Shown: piece by piece, positions 38,331 through 51,427 of the stretch
Layout of the letters: the number at the start of each line of letters is the position of its first letter
How positions within the stretch are numbered: position 1 is the stretch's first letter
NCBI GenBank assembly: GCA_951406725.2
Contig: OX597817.1
Coordinates: forward strand, 164,858,001-164,922,000
Source: Octopus vulgaris
Taxonomy: Eukaryota
Reading direction: 5' to 3'
DNA: 64,000 bases
Translations under genes and position numbers: made by a program
The notes under the pieces: generated by a model
Databases searched by the model: none
What the model saw: the letters and a program-made list of their open reading frames with translations, nothing else
What the model was told of the DNA's origin: nothing

Positions 38331-38868
38331 CAGATCCGTTGTATGGTGTGAAAGAAAGAAAGTAGTAAACCTGGTCGAGTTAACGGTTCCTCGTGAAGAT
38401 GACATGGACGCCGCTCGGTATCGAAAGACTGACCGTTATGAAAACCTTCTCCACGAATGTGAAGACACATGCTGGAAAGCGGAGTATTTTCCAATCGAAG
38501 TCGGATGTAGAGGATTTGTTGGCCACAATGCGAGGCAGGCCACTGTTTGTTATCGTTAGGCCTAACTCACTCTAAAGCAAATACCACCATGAATGATATC
38601 CAAACTACAGTGGAAAAGGCAAGCTACTGGATCTGGCTAAAACGAGACGATGAGCAATCACTAGAAGAATCTTGAGCAAAATCCTGATAATTAGTTGTTC
38701 TAGCAAACGGAGCCTTATTTCAGTGAGGGGGACCGGTGCGCAATGATGCCGTCGAAGAGGTAAGCCCCGAAACGGTGTGCAATCTCTCCTTATGACCCCG
38801 TAATCTTGCTAGCATCCGGTATGGAGAGCTTTCAACTGGTAGTACTTGCATCTTCAAGTTGTTTGCAA
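38331..38868 (+). mobile_element. 3' fragment of an RLE-type LINE (HERO-like)
   Basis: Manual translation gives [60 protein letters not shown] and downstream VEKASYWIWLKR, matching the restriction-like endonuclease and C-terminus; absent from the ORF track. Confidence 0.8.
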
Positions 38869-38958
<90 letters not shown>

Positions 38959-38969
38959 ATATCTATCTA

Positions 38970-39019
<50 letters not shown>

Positions 39020-39231
39020 GATCGCCATGTTAGACCGCTAGCTTCTGCACGCATTTTTTTCTTCTCCCTGTTTCTCTCCGTGTTTCTTTTCTGTGTATCT
39101 TTCTGTTGAAGAGCGTAGGCTCGAAACGTTAAAGACTTGTTTTATTTATATTCCTGAGCGCCATACTAATACAATTGTTTGTTTGTACTCCACCTGCCTT
39201 CGTCTTTTGTTTATTTTCATAAAGCTTCCCG

Positions 39232-39232
<1 letters not shown>
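39020..39232 (+). mobile_element. Penelope-like pLTR fragment with a variant hammerhead (39098-39135)
   Basis: TCTTT CTGTTGA A GAGC GTAG GCTC GAAA CGT T AAAGA; bounded by TA runs; paralog at 34500. Confidence 0.68.
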
Positions 39233-39292
<60 letters not shown>

Positions 39293-39295
<3 letters not shown>

Positions 39296-39563
39296 TCTTG
39301 CACTCTCCTGTCTTTGAAAGAAATTTTCTTCACCCATTCCCTTCCGGTCATTCAAAATGTGACCGCGTGTGTACCGTTGGCGATTTTTTCCCTCCGTCTT
39401 CCCTTCTCTTGATCTTTCCTTTTCCTATGTTTCTGACGAAGAGCTCCGCTCGAAACGTTAAACCCTCCTTCTTCCCTTCCTTCTTGAGCGTCCAATAATA
39501 CTATATTTGTTCCACGTCCTCGCGTTGTTGTGTTTTCTCTTTGTGTTTTCATGTTTGGATTAA

Positions 39564-39566
<3 letters not shown>
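39293..39566 (+). mobile_element. Penelope-like pLTR fragment, second family
   Basis: Pyrimidine-rich, bounded by TA runs, carries a hammerhead; near-identical inverted copy at 44785-44987. Confidence 0.7.
39429..39463 (+). ncRNA. Minimal type-I hammerhead ribozyme
   Basis: GTTT CTGACGA A GAGC TCC GCTC GAAA CG T T AAAC: stem I GTTT/AAAC, stem II GAGC/GCTC, palindromic stem III ACGT. Confidence 0.72.
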
Positions 39567-39621
<55 letters not shown>

Positions 39622-39639
39622 ATGTATGTGTATTTTATA

Positions 39640-39716
<77 letters not shown>

Positions 39717-39959
39717 ATGTGTATGTATGCATGTATGTGTGTGTGAGTATGTGTGTGTACACATAAATATATATACATATGTACATACGTATGCATGTGA
39801 GTGTACCTAAGCGTGCAGTCTAAAAGTGTACATTTTCCAGTTTATATATAAACGTGTGCGTCAGAAAGTGAATGCTTTAAACTCGTTATTTCATAGATTA
39901 TAACAGCACATGTATAAAAGTATGACTCTACCAAAAATTGTATGTGTTATACGTATACA

Positions 39960-40373
39960 CTCTCTTTATTCTATTACTTGTTTCAGTCATTTGACTGCGG
40001 CCAAGCTGGAACACCGCCTTTAATCGAGCAACTCGACCCCGAGACTTATTTTTTTTGTAAGCCCAGTACTTATTCTATCGGTCTCTTTTATTAAAATTTT
40101 ATGTATTGATTAAGTCTTTCCTTGTTTGTTTTGCAAAATAGTGGTTTTGTCTCTAATAATATTATATAATATTTTACTATAAAATTGGATTTAATCCTAA
40201 ATCTGATTTTTTCCCTGTAAATTTGGATTTATTCCCTAATATTTATTATATATATATATATATATATATACATATATACGACGGGCTTCTTTTCAGTTTC
40301 CGTCTACCAAATCCACTCACAAAGCTTTGGTCGGCCCGAGGCTATAGTAGAAGACACTTGCCCAAGGTGTCAT
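39960..40373 (-). mobile_element. SINE family B pieces split by an AT-rich element at ~40090-40250
   Basis: Tail at 39960-40088 and mid-head part at 40270-40373; the insert matches the 60190/63038 family. Confidence 0.75.
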
Positions 40374-41216
40374 GCATGTGTATCCCTTAGTTTCTTTTAT
40401 ATTAATTTAAGCCATTAGTCTGCTGACATGTTTAAGGTTCTACAGAATTGACGCCGACCAATTTCCACTTTTGATGTATCAATCAATACGAGTCTAAAGT
40501 GGGAGGCTATTATTAATGGTGCTGCGCAATGGAGTTGAACTCGATACATGTTCATACAAAATAAATCTAGTAGCCGAATAGTTATAGCTACATCTCTGTT
40601 CTTCTAAATGTTGAATACGTTACACATTATACATCAAACAATATACTAGTTATATTATTTTAGTCATTATTACGCACATCTCTCTGACCTCTTCTGCCAT
40701 TAGATATAAACATTCGTGACTCAGTCATAGGAGAGTTCTTCAAACAAAAACTAATAGTACAATCAGTCAGTAGAGCTTTGTTTGTGATGTCAGAGAACAC
40801 ACACACACAAGCACACACACAAACACACACACATACACACACGTCATTCGTATACCTACCACATACGTATTTGTGTATGTATACGTGAATACAGAACTAG
40901 ACAGCTACGTGATTGAATCTGTATCATACTTTCATGCTAGTAAACAAATAGACAGCAAGGAATCTAAGAGAATGTTTAGGAGTGTAGGTGTATGTGTGTG
41001 TTGGTGTTTGTGTTCGTGTGTATGCATGCTCGTACATATATAAGTTTATAAAGTAGAACCCGCTTCAAGAAAAATCAAAACCAACGCGATGTAGGTTGAT
41101 ATAATTCTTTAAATATTTTTTGTACTTTTAGTAGGACAGTACACCAATAAGGACACGTGCACTGATTGGGTTCCCTTTATTCTTAATTAATTAATTAATT
41201 AATATTTATCCATTCT

Positions 41217-41446
41217 TACTTCTTTATTGCCCACAAGGGGCTAAACACAGAGGGGACATACAAGGACAGACAAAGGATTAAGTTGATTACATCGACCCCA
41301 GTGCGTAACTGGTGCTTAATTTATCGATCGCGAAAGGATGGAAGGCAAAGTTGACTTCGGCGGAATTTGAACTCAGAACGCAAAGACAGACGAAATACCG
41401 CTAAGCATTTCGCCCGGCGCGCTAACGTTTCTGCCAGCTCGCCGCC
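41217..41446 (-). mobile_element. SINE family A
   Basis: Full-length reverse complement of the 20801 copy. Confidence 0.9.
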
Positions 41447-42104
41447 TATTATGATCCTTTCTACCTAAGCACAAGACCTATAAGTACACTGGGGAAATGC
41501 TTAGCGGCATTTTGTCTATAAGTAGTCAGCTACCCTACCCTAGTCGTTTCCACTCTCCAATGTAGGATTCCTCACCATATAGGTGACTGTCACAGCCATA
41601 AGGTGCATTACGGATCTACAGAAATTGGAAGGACATGACCCTACTCGAATAAACATTAACAACTGTGTGATGTGAGGGCTAAGGGGAAATGAAAGTGTCA
41701 CCTTTGGATTTTGCCAATGGTCACTATGCCGATAAGTAACTGAACAAATTAAATTTGCAATCTATAAATCTCTTTGAATGACCAATCGCTTATCTGGAAA
41801 GGTCTTGGAGTCAATGTTATCATCTGGGGACTATCTCTTACCCAGTGATAATAAAAAGACTCAAAATAGGTCTGCAACCAAATAACTTTCTTCAAAATAA
41901 CACTATGCAACTGAATCAGTGGAGGCAAAGGTGCCTCTCCTTTACTTGACAATTTATGCACCACATTGCAGAAAAATACAATCTAAGTATATCTCAAAGC
42001 AAACTCTTACCCTATTGTACCATTGAATTACAAATAACGCTCATCTTGTATCCTCGGGTGACTCTACAGCTTCCAAGACTACAATTGTATTCGTCTTGGC
42101 TTAG

Positions 42105-42790
42105 GAAAAATGACTAAATTGTGAGGTCTTATTTACCTCCTAACAAGTTGAAATTTTAGGAATATTACTTCATTTGTGTCTAATATCAATAGTTAAAATT
42201 TCGTCGGCAGCAAAATATATGAATTTCCATGGGGGTTATGGCTTCATTTACACACCCTCACTTTCAAAACATATACCGCATTACATCCGCCCTTATGCAT
42301 AGAATATAATTTCCAAATTTCATAAAGATCCATTCAGTACTTTTGACCTTGTTTTGGATCATAAAAATGACTAAAATTTAGGAGTTAAGCCACGCCATTA
42401 GGGGGGTCTTAGAATCCTCATGAGAAGCGGAAACTTTAGGAATACTTCTTGATTTGTGTCAGTTACCTATGATTGAAGTTTCATCAACATTGGAAATTTA
42501 TGAATTTTCATGGGGGTTATGCACCATTTAAGCCCCCTCACATTCAGACCAAATATACTGCATTATACCCGCCCTTATTCATTGAATCTAAGTTCCAAAT
42601 ATCATAAGGATCCATTCAGTAATTTTGGTCTATGATAAATGACTAAAATTTGGGAGTTAAACCCCCATTAGGGGGTCTTAGAATCATCCAAAGAAATGGG
42701 AATTTCGGATATATTTAAAAATTTATTTCTAATATTTGTGGTAAAAATTTCATGGCTGTGGGGGTACAAAGGTGTCCATAGGTTAAAAAT
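42105..42790. repeat. ~260-275-bp diverged tandem repeat, about 2.5 units
   Basis: aaatgactaaa at ~42107, ~42363 and ~42637; catgggggttatg and gatccattcagta recur once per unit. Confidence 0.8.
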
Positions 42791-42804
42791 GGTTGAGAAT
42801 CCCT

Positions 42805-43000
42805 CATCTACATCATCCTCATCACCATCATCATCTTCTACATCTTCGTCGCCGTCGTCGTTATCGCTGTCGTTGTTGTTTTTGCTATTATTTTATTGTT
42901 GTTGTTGCTGTGGTCGTCGGTATCATCATCATCGTCGTTGTCGTCGTAGTCGTCATCATCATCATCATCATCATCATCATCGTCGTCGTCGTCGTCTTCG

Positions 43001-43044
<44 letters not shown>

Positions 43045-43180
43045 GTCGTTGTCGTCTTCGTCATCATCATCATCATCATCATCATCATCGTCGTCGTCGT
43101 CTTCGTCATCATCATCATCATCATCGTCGTTGTCGTCTTCGTCATCATCATCATCATCATCATCATCGTCGTCGTCTTCG

Positions 43181-43221
<41 letters not shown>

Positions 43222-43237
43222 GTCGTTGTCGTCTTCG

Positions 43238-43281
<44 letters not shown>

Positions 43282-43378
43282 GTCGTCGTCGTCGTCTTCG
43301 TCATCATCATCATCATCATCATCGTCGTTGTCATCTTCGTCATCATCATCATCATCATCATCATCGTCGTCGTCTTCG

Positions 43379-43419
<41 letters not shown>

Positions 43420-43468
43420 GTCGTTGTCGTCTTCGTCATCATCATCATCATCGTCGTTGTCGTCTTCG

Positions 43469-43500
<32 letters not shown>

Positions 43501-43663
43501 GTCGTTGTTGTCTTCGTCATCATCATCATCAACATCATCATCATCATCGTCGTCGTCGTCGTCGTCTTCGTCATCATCATCATCATCATCATCGTCGTCG
43601 TCGTCTTCGTCATCATCATCATCATCATCATCGTCGATGTCGTCTTCGTCATCATCATCATCA

Positions 43664-43695
<32 letters not shown>

Positions 43696-43755
43696 GTTGC
43701 TACCGTTGTAGCTTTTATTATTGTTTTATTATAGCTGTTGTCGGTACCATCCGCC

Positions 43756-43823
<68 letters not shown>

Positions 43824-43890
43824 GTCGTCGCCGTCGTTGTCGTCGTCATCCTTATCATCCTCCTCCGCATCATCATTATCATTATCATAA
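42805..43890. repeat. Compound trinucleotide array [(CAT)n(CGT)m CTT CGT]k
   Basis: Direct observation of about 14 punctuated higher-order units. Confidence 0.96.
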
Positions 43891-44254
43891 TAAAGCTTCA
43901 AGGAGATGAAAGACCAAGACTCCCCTTTTGACGTTCACAAGCGATGCCAGTAAGACGACCAAGAAAGCAACCCCACAACGGTTTGTATTCCCTTCTGTCT
44001 ATTTTAGCGAATGTAAATAATTTTAAATACATTAACCTATGACTTTTCTAGCATGCCTCTCATTTTCTCTCTTTATTTCAATCTTACACATTACAAACGA
44101 TCAGTGACCTCTGGTGGCATTTCGTGCTGGAAATCAACTTTCTTGATATTTTTGAAGATGATTCAAGCGTGACCGCAACCGTTTTCGGTGAAGGTATTCT
44201 CTTTCCTTCCTTTCTTCCTTCGTTCCTTCCTTTCGATTATCCCCCCTCTCTTTC

Positions 44255-44321
<67 letters not shown>

Positions 44322-44367
44322 TTCTTTCGAGTATTCCTTCCTCTCTCTCTCTCTTTCTCTCTTTCTC

Positions 44368-44398
<31 letters not shown>

Positions 44399-44482
44399 GA
44401 TAGGTTTCGGCCATTATTGGCCCAGGCCATGTCTAACTTAATAGCACCACCTGGTGCTATATATATATGTATTATATATATA

Positions 44483-44582
<100 letters not shown>

Positions 44583-44784
44583 GTCTGTCTGTCTGTCTTT
44601 CTTTCCTTCTTTCTTCTTTTCATTCTTTCTTTTCAAATCCACTAACAAGGCTTTGGTCCGCCCGAGTCCTATAGTAGTCAACACTTGCCCAAGTTTCTGC
44701 GCAGTGAAACTGAACCCGGAACCATGTGTTTGTGAATCAAGCTTCTTATTACACAGCCACGTATGTGTATATATATATATATAG

Positions 44785-44987
44785 TTAATCTAAACAAGAA
44801 AACACAAAGAGAAAACACAACAACGCGAGGACGTGGAACAAATATAGTATTATTGGACGCTCAGGAAGGAAAGGAAGAAGGAGGGTTTAACGTTTCGAGC
44901 GGAGCTCTTCGTCAGAAACATAAGAAAAGGAAAGATCCAGAGAAGGGAAGGCAGAGGGAAAAAAATCGCCAACGGTACACACGCGGT
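44785..44987 (-). mobile_element. Penelope-like pLTR fragment, second family, copy 2
   Basis: Reverse complement of ~39362-39563; between TA runs. Confidence 0.72.
44885..44919 (-). ncRNA. Minimal type-I hammerhead ribozyme
   Basis: Exact reverse complement of 39429-39463. Confidence 0.72.
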
Positions 44988-45049
44988 ATATATATATGAA
45001 GCAGTATGCATACGCAGATATATCTTTTTTTTCTGTTATTTTTTTTTTT

Positions 45050-45457
45050 CTGTTACTTGTTTCAGTCATTTGACTGTGGCCATGCTGGAGCACCGCCTTT
45101 AGTCGAGCAAATCGACCCCGGGACTTATTCTTTGTAAGCCCAGTACTTATTCTATCGGTCTCTTTTTGCCGAACCGCTAGGTGACGGGGACGTAAACACA
45201 CCAGCATCGGTTGTCAAGCAATGCTAGGGGGACAAACACAGACACACAAACACACACACACACAAACACACACACACATATATATACATATATACGACAG
45301 GCTTCTTTCAGTTTCCGTCTACCAAATCCACTCACAAGGCATTGGTCGGCCCGGGGCTATAGCAGAAGACACTTGCCCAAGATGCCACGCAGTGGGACTG
45401 AACCGGGAACCATGTGGTTGGTTAGCAATCTACTTACCACACAGCCACTCCTGCGCC
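45050..45457 (-). mobile_element. SINE family B, full length
   Basis: Head ggcgcaggagtggctgtgtggtaag through tail gactgaaacaagt. Confidence 0.92.
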
Positions 45458-45827
45458 TATATCTTGTATAAGATGCGCATGCAAAAAATACACGAGAATT
45501 ACAACCACAATGTAATCATTCTACGAAGGCGCGGGGTCTGTTCAATGTGACGATAAACTTTCTGAACAGACTCGCTGCTGTTTTCGAAAAAGGGACCACA
45601 CGAACCACACGCGCGCACAGATACACACGCACACACATATACATCCACACACGCGCATACACAAACGCACATGAACAAACAATCATACAGATACACAAAC
45701 GAGTACATGCGTGCACATATTCAACTACCTTACAACTTGACACCTTGTTTCTGCGCGTGTGTGTGTGTGTATTTATCTATACACACACACTCATTATGTA
45801 TGTGTTGTCAATACATTTAAATACGCA

Positions 45828-46015
45828 AGGTGGTGAGCTCGTCGGGAAAAATGCTTAGCTGTATTTCATCCGTCTTTACGTTCTGAGTTCAAATACCACT
45901 GAGGTCAGCTTTGCTTTTCATTCTTTCGGTGTCGACAAAATAAGTACCAGTGGGGTCGTTGTAATCGATTTGTCCTCTCCCATCAAAATCACTGGCTTTA
46001 TGCCAAAGTTTGGAA
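45828..46015 (+). mobile_element. SINE family A, diverged subfamily
   Basis: ggtggtgagctc...aatgcttagc...gttctgagttcaaat...ggggtcg; tail ctggc...tgccaaa shared with the 52414 copy. Confidence 0.72.
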
Positions 46016-46169
46016 TTAATATATTTAAAGAACTGCACTCAAATTTGCGATGTTCTATTTAAATGGAAATAAAGGAAAACAGACTTCTCCGACAGTCTTA
46101 CCGGAATGAAACAACACTGCTATAAGTAGCCTCTTTCTTTCTTACTGGCAGTAGAAAACAAACATACCT

Positions 46170-46650
46170 GATTGGAGGAATCCAGGGAAAAAAGCGATTA
46201 GACTGAAGGATCTTGGCTTTGCTGATGAAGTCCTGCTCACTAAAGGTGATAAAATCCTACAACAGCTCACGTCATAGCTTGAACAGAATACGGGAAAGAT
46301 TGGTCAAACATCATCGATCATAAAGATCGAACAGCAAAATATTGAGACAGTAGACAGACTCACATATCTGGGTAGCATCATCAGTAAGTAACAATGGTGA
46401 TATTGAAACCATGAAATTGGCGAAGCCGCAGCTGTGTTTCAAAAGAATGTGCGCTATCTTGTCCTCCAACACAGCCAGCTTACACAGAAAGATCCGCCTC
46501 TAAAACAGGAGAGTTCTGCCAACTATTCCCTAAGTCAGTAGGACACAGAAGGTATCCGAGAAAATCGACAGTAAGAGCTAGATGTATTCCATCAATGAGG
46601 GTTAAGACGGACTCAGAGAAAATACTAGTAAAATCACGTAACAAATAAAA
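46170..46650 (+). pseudogene. Degenerate RTE-clade LINE reverse transcriptase fragment
   Basis: Pieces translate to LKDLGFADEVLL (FADD-like) and NIETVDRLTYLGSIIS (FTYLGS-like); many stops and frameshifts. Confidence 0.65.
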
Positions 46651-47506
46651 ATATTCTAAAAACCCCTCTCGGATCTAGTCTTTTTAATTCGCAAAACAAG
46701 CCCCCTTTAATTTTGCTCAGATTGCTTTCAATTTTGGTGTATCGATACAACTCTGAATTTTGATTACGTTCAACCAATTACTTTATCTTGTAACATCAGA
46801 TTAAAGAATCTGATGTTATTTGGAATTAAAGTTGGACAATTTGGGTAATTTTAACCAATCAACAGACAGCGCGGCATTAGCAGCTTATTACCATGACAAC
46901 TGCACGCTATGTTGTGGTTCACTTCGCTGTTGTCTGTGCCGCACCGTTGTTTTATGTTGATTTTCCATACTCGATTCTTCACACAACGAGATTCTTTTCA
47001 CCCGCCTGTTTTGTTTTAATTTTCTCTGTTTTAGCATATTACATATTTTTCTGTGCTTCCGTGTATTAGTATTTTTCAGTGCTTTTTCTGAGTTAGTATT
47101 TTTACATATTCTTAATTCCATATATTTTTCATATATATTTAAGGACTCATTAATTCAGATAGCAAGATTTATGATTTCACTAGGTTAATTCTATTCATAA
47201 AAATTTAAATTAGGAGTATTTCTTAAGCCGTTAGCTTCACATTTCAACAGGTTAACTGAAATTTAACCCACGTAACAGAAACTGAAAGGGATATCAAGGA
47301 ACAGAGAAACTGTGGGTGATACAGATAATTTGACATTGTTTTTGAATTCTGCATGCAAAAACATACAGGATACAGGTATTCTTTTCCTTGGGACAAATTC
47401 TTTGTTGACCAGTTTTATTCTTATCGTAGTTTACAGATCCAAGCATGAAAACGTTACTCAACTTTAGACTTTTGGAGATAGACGCCTCTTCACACACACA
47501 CACATA

Positions 47507-47827
47507 CACAAAAATGTGACAGAGGGCACTGACTAGCACTAGTTTTGCTAAAGATAAGAGTTAAACTAACGCAAAGCCACAATTTGTTGCTTACACTTTT
47601 ACCGTTTTGGGAATCAGCACACGTTTTCAGCGGTTTTTCTTATAAGACTAACAGAGGCTGGTAAGTTGACCCTTAGGCTTTAAGAGCCACTGATGAGGAA
47701 ATGATGATCCCGCTATGTACGCTTGAGTCTTAGCTCCCTTTGTCAGTCACTTAAGACAATGCGTTTGTGGCTTTGAGTTGGTTTAACTCTTATCTTTAGC
47801 AAATCACTACCCTCTGTCACTTTTGTG
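47507..47827. mobile_element. Inverted-repeat element with a decayed hammerhead core
   Basis: Arms gtgacagaggg...tttgctaaagataagagttaaac...caaagccaca and their reverse complement; CTGATGA GGA...TCC at 47690 but no GAAA. Confidence 0.6.
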
Positions 47828-47859
47828 ACTTCTATTGCTATATACTCTTTTTTTTTTTT

Positions 47860-48081
47860 TACTCTTTTTACTTGTTTCAGTCATTTGACTGCGGCCATGC
47901 TGGAGCACCGCCTTTTTAGTCGAGCAAATCGACCCCGGGACTTATTCTTTTGTAAGCCCAGTACTTATTCTATCGGTCTCTTTTGCCGAACCGCTAAGTT
48001 ACGGGGACGTAAACACACCAGCATCGGTTGTCAAGCAATGCTAGGGGAACAAACACAGACACACAAACATATTCACACACA

Positions 48082-48133
<52 letters not shown>

Positions 48134-48296
48134 TACGGCAGGCTTCTTTCAGTTTTCGTCTACCAAATCCACTCACAAGGCATTGGTCGGCCCGGGGCTA
48201 TAGCAGAAGACACTTGCCCAAGATGCCACGCAGTGGGACTGAACCCGGAACCATGTGGTTGGTTAGCAAGCTACTTACCAAACAGCCACTCCTGCG

Positions 48297-48298
<2 letters not shown>
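47860..48298 (-). mobile_element. SINE family B, full length
   Basis: As for the 45050 copy. Confidence 0.92.
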
Positions 48299-48343
<45 letters not shown>

Positions 48344-48765
48344 CATAATATTTTCCATTTGCTTTTTATATATATTAAACATATAGAGATAGATAGATAG
48401 ATGAATATGCATACCTAAGTACATACATATCTATATAATATGTTCTTCCTATGACTCTATATCTCCTAACAATTAGCAACTGTACTTTAAACCAATTACG
48501 ACACCTATTTAACTGATCAATACACAGAAAACACGATGTTAAGTAGTTGGTCATATAAGTGTAATTATTGATCTCTGTCTTGCTTTGGGTAGGGTTTATA
48601 CGGTTTCACAGCAGCCAAATCACATTGTCTACCTGGCTGTTTGTGTGTCCGTATGTGTCTCACTGTTTATCTCTCGCTTTCTGGACAATGCACATATACG
48701 CGCATATACATACATACATACATACATACATACATACATACATACATACATACTCTCAAGCCCAC

Positions 48766-48915
<150 letters not shown>

Positions 48916-49009
48916 GCGTGTGTGTACATATACATACATATAAATACAATTATATATATACAGATATATAAATACATACATATATACACAGATATATATA
49001 TATATATAA

Positions 49010-49068
<59 letters not shown>

Positions 49069-49125
49069 TATATTTATATATAGATACATATATATACATA
49101 TATATACATATATAATATATATAAA

Positions 49126-49157
<32 letters not shown>

Positions 49158-49204
49158 AATACATACATACCATACATACATACATACATACATACATACA
49201 TACA

Positions 49205-49235
<31 letters not shown>

Positions 49236-49453
49236 TTATATAGTCAATCCAAACGTGATCAAGCAAGAAAACACAACAACGCGAGAACGTGGAATATGTA
49301 CATCTGCTTTTGGAAAGAGGAAACAGTGACGGAAGGAAAAGTGAGTACGAAAGATACAAGAAGGAAAAGATGAGATTGAACGCGAAAGTGCGAGAGGGTC
49401 AGAAAGAGACAGAGACAAAGAAACGGAATGTCTGTCTGTGTATGCGTGTGGAG

Positions 49454-49501
<48 letters not shown>

Positions 49502-49768
49502 TGGGCGAGAGAAGAGAAAGGGTGTGAGAGAGGAAGGGAGCAAGAGCAGGATCGATGATGATTTCGAGTAAGTGTTTCTACATCGATTATATTGTCTAGT
49601 ATTTCAGTTTTCATAAATCGATCCCCAATAATATTGACCACCTCGCTTCACTTTATACACTTGTTTTGTCTTGCATCAATTAGTACTGGACTCTCCAATA
49701 TTGTAAGTGTTCGTATAGTGCTGGACACTCAAGCGTCCAACATTTCAGAGCATGAACAATATATATAT

Positions 49769-49857
<89 letters not shown>

Positions 49858-49867
<10 letters not shown>

Positions 49868-50450
49868 TTGAGGGTACTACTATTCGTAGATACCAACACG
49901 CTAAGAGGGACCAATGCAAAACTACTAAAAATAAACAAAATTTTACCGAATGCAAAACTTCAAAACACATCATTTTAAAAAAGAATTCAGTTACATATTT
50001 AAATGCAGAATATGCATTTTATGTTCATCATTGCAACAAACTCAAGAAATATAAGAGAAAAACATAACATTACAAGCTCGATAGCCAACCGTAGAATTCG
50101 TCGTAGCATGTCCGAATGTTTATCTTTACATATCTATGAAAATGGAGGGCTTATTCGCATGCATTTCGAATTCTACGGTTGCTACGACGAATTCTACGGT
50201 TGGCTATCGAGCTTGTAATGTTATGTTTTTCTCTTATATTTCTTGAGTTTGTTGCACTGATGAACATAAAATGCATATTCTGCATTTAAATGCGAAATCA
50301 CATGTGATATGTAACTGAATTCTTTTTTAAAATGATGTGTTTTGAAGTTTTGCATTCGGTAAAATTTTGTTTATTTTTAGTAGTTTTGACCGCACTGGTC
50401 CCTCTTAGCGTGTTGGTATCTACGAATAGTAGTACCCTCAATATAATATA
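49858..50450. mobile_element. ~590-bp palindromic element (arms ~250 bp) carrying a hammerhead in the right arm
   Basis: 49861-50108 is the reverse complement of 50180-50448 apart from small changes; adjacent to a TA run. Confidence 0.85.
50251..50315 (+). ncRNA. Putative type-I hammerhead ribozyme
   Basis: Stem I GTTGCA/TGTAAC, CTGATGA, long stem II (cat..aaatgca/tgcattt..atg), GAAA, palindromic stem III ATCACATGTGAT, predicted cleavage after A50309. Confidence 0.72.
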
Positions 50451-50550
50451 AATGAATATTTTCAAAGAGGAAGAATTTACGGATTTTTTTCTTACAAGGT
50501 TTTTCACGCTGACTACTGATAATTTCTTTTAAAGATTTTATCCTCAATTG

Positions 50551-50610
<60 letters not shown>

Positions 50611-50628
50611 CATACATACATACATACA

Positions 50629-50662
<34 letters not shown>

Positions 50663-50795
50663 CATACATATATGTATATAATTAAGAGAAATAACCTTAT
50701 CAAGTAATTCAATAGTGAAAGATATCTATATCATATAGAAAAAATTAAAATATACTATAATAAATATTATTCAAAAAATCGCTAACTTAAATAAA

Positions 50796-50862
<67 letters not shown>

Positions 50863-50966
50863 CATCTGAATGAAACAGTTCTAGTCCTGTAGAAGCTTCT
50901 TCTATAAAATAAAAAATATACATACATACATACATACATACATAAATACATACATACATACATACA

Positions 50967-51002
<36 letters not shown>

Positions 51003-51063
51003 CATACATACATACATACAAACATATATATATACATACATACATACAAACATATATATATAT

Positions 51064-51094
<31 letters not shown>

Positions 51095-51427
51095 CATATA
51101 TATATGAATTAAGATATAAACTCGAATTCAGCAATTATACTCATACATTTATAAATTCGTATACATATATTAATACATATCGACACATATGAATATTTAT
51201 TAATTTTTTCTACTAGGACATAAGCTCTAGAAACGGACGTTGAAAGTGAACTCCTCGAACTGTATCATATACCTTATATACCATTTATATTTAAAAAACA
51301 CACCGAACTCTGTGGATCTTTTAATCAAAACTCTTAACCGCTCTTAACTTCAGTACAAAAAGGACAAAAAAATTTTTTAGTCCTCTTTTTATCAATCCTC
51401 TTTTTATGAATATTTAAAAAAAATATT

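Noticed and set aside
41749-41964. 71-aa minus-strand ORF, and the 65-aa ORF at 63798-63995
   Set aside because: No recognisable motif or splice support
46231-46250. CTGATGA hammerhead-like core (also at ~57385)
   Set aside because: No downstream GAAA with pairing stems; the 46231 instance is the FADE codon run of the RT remnant
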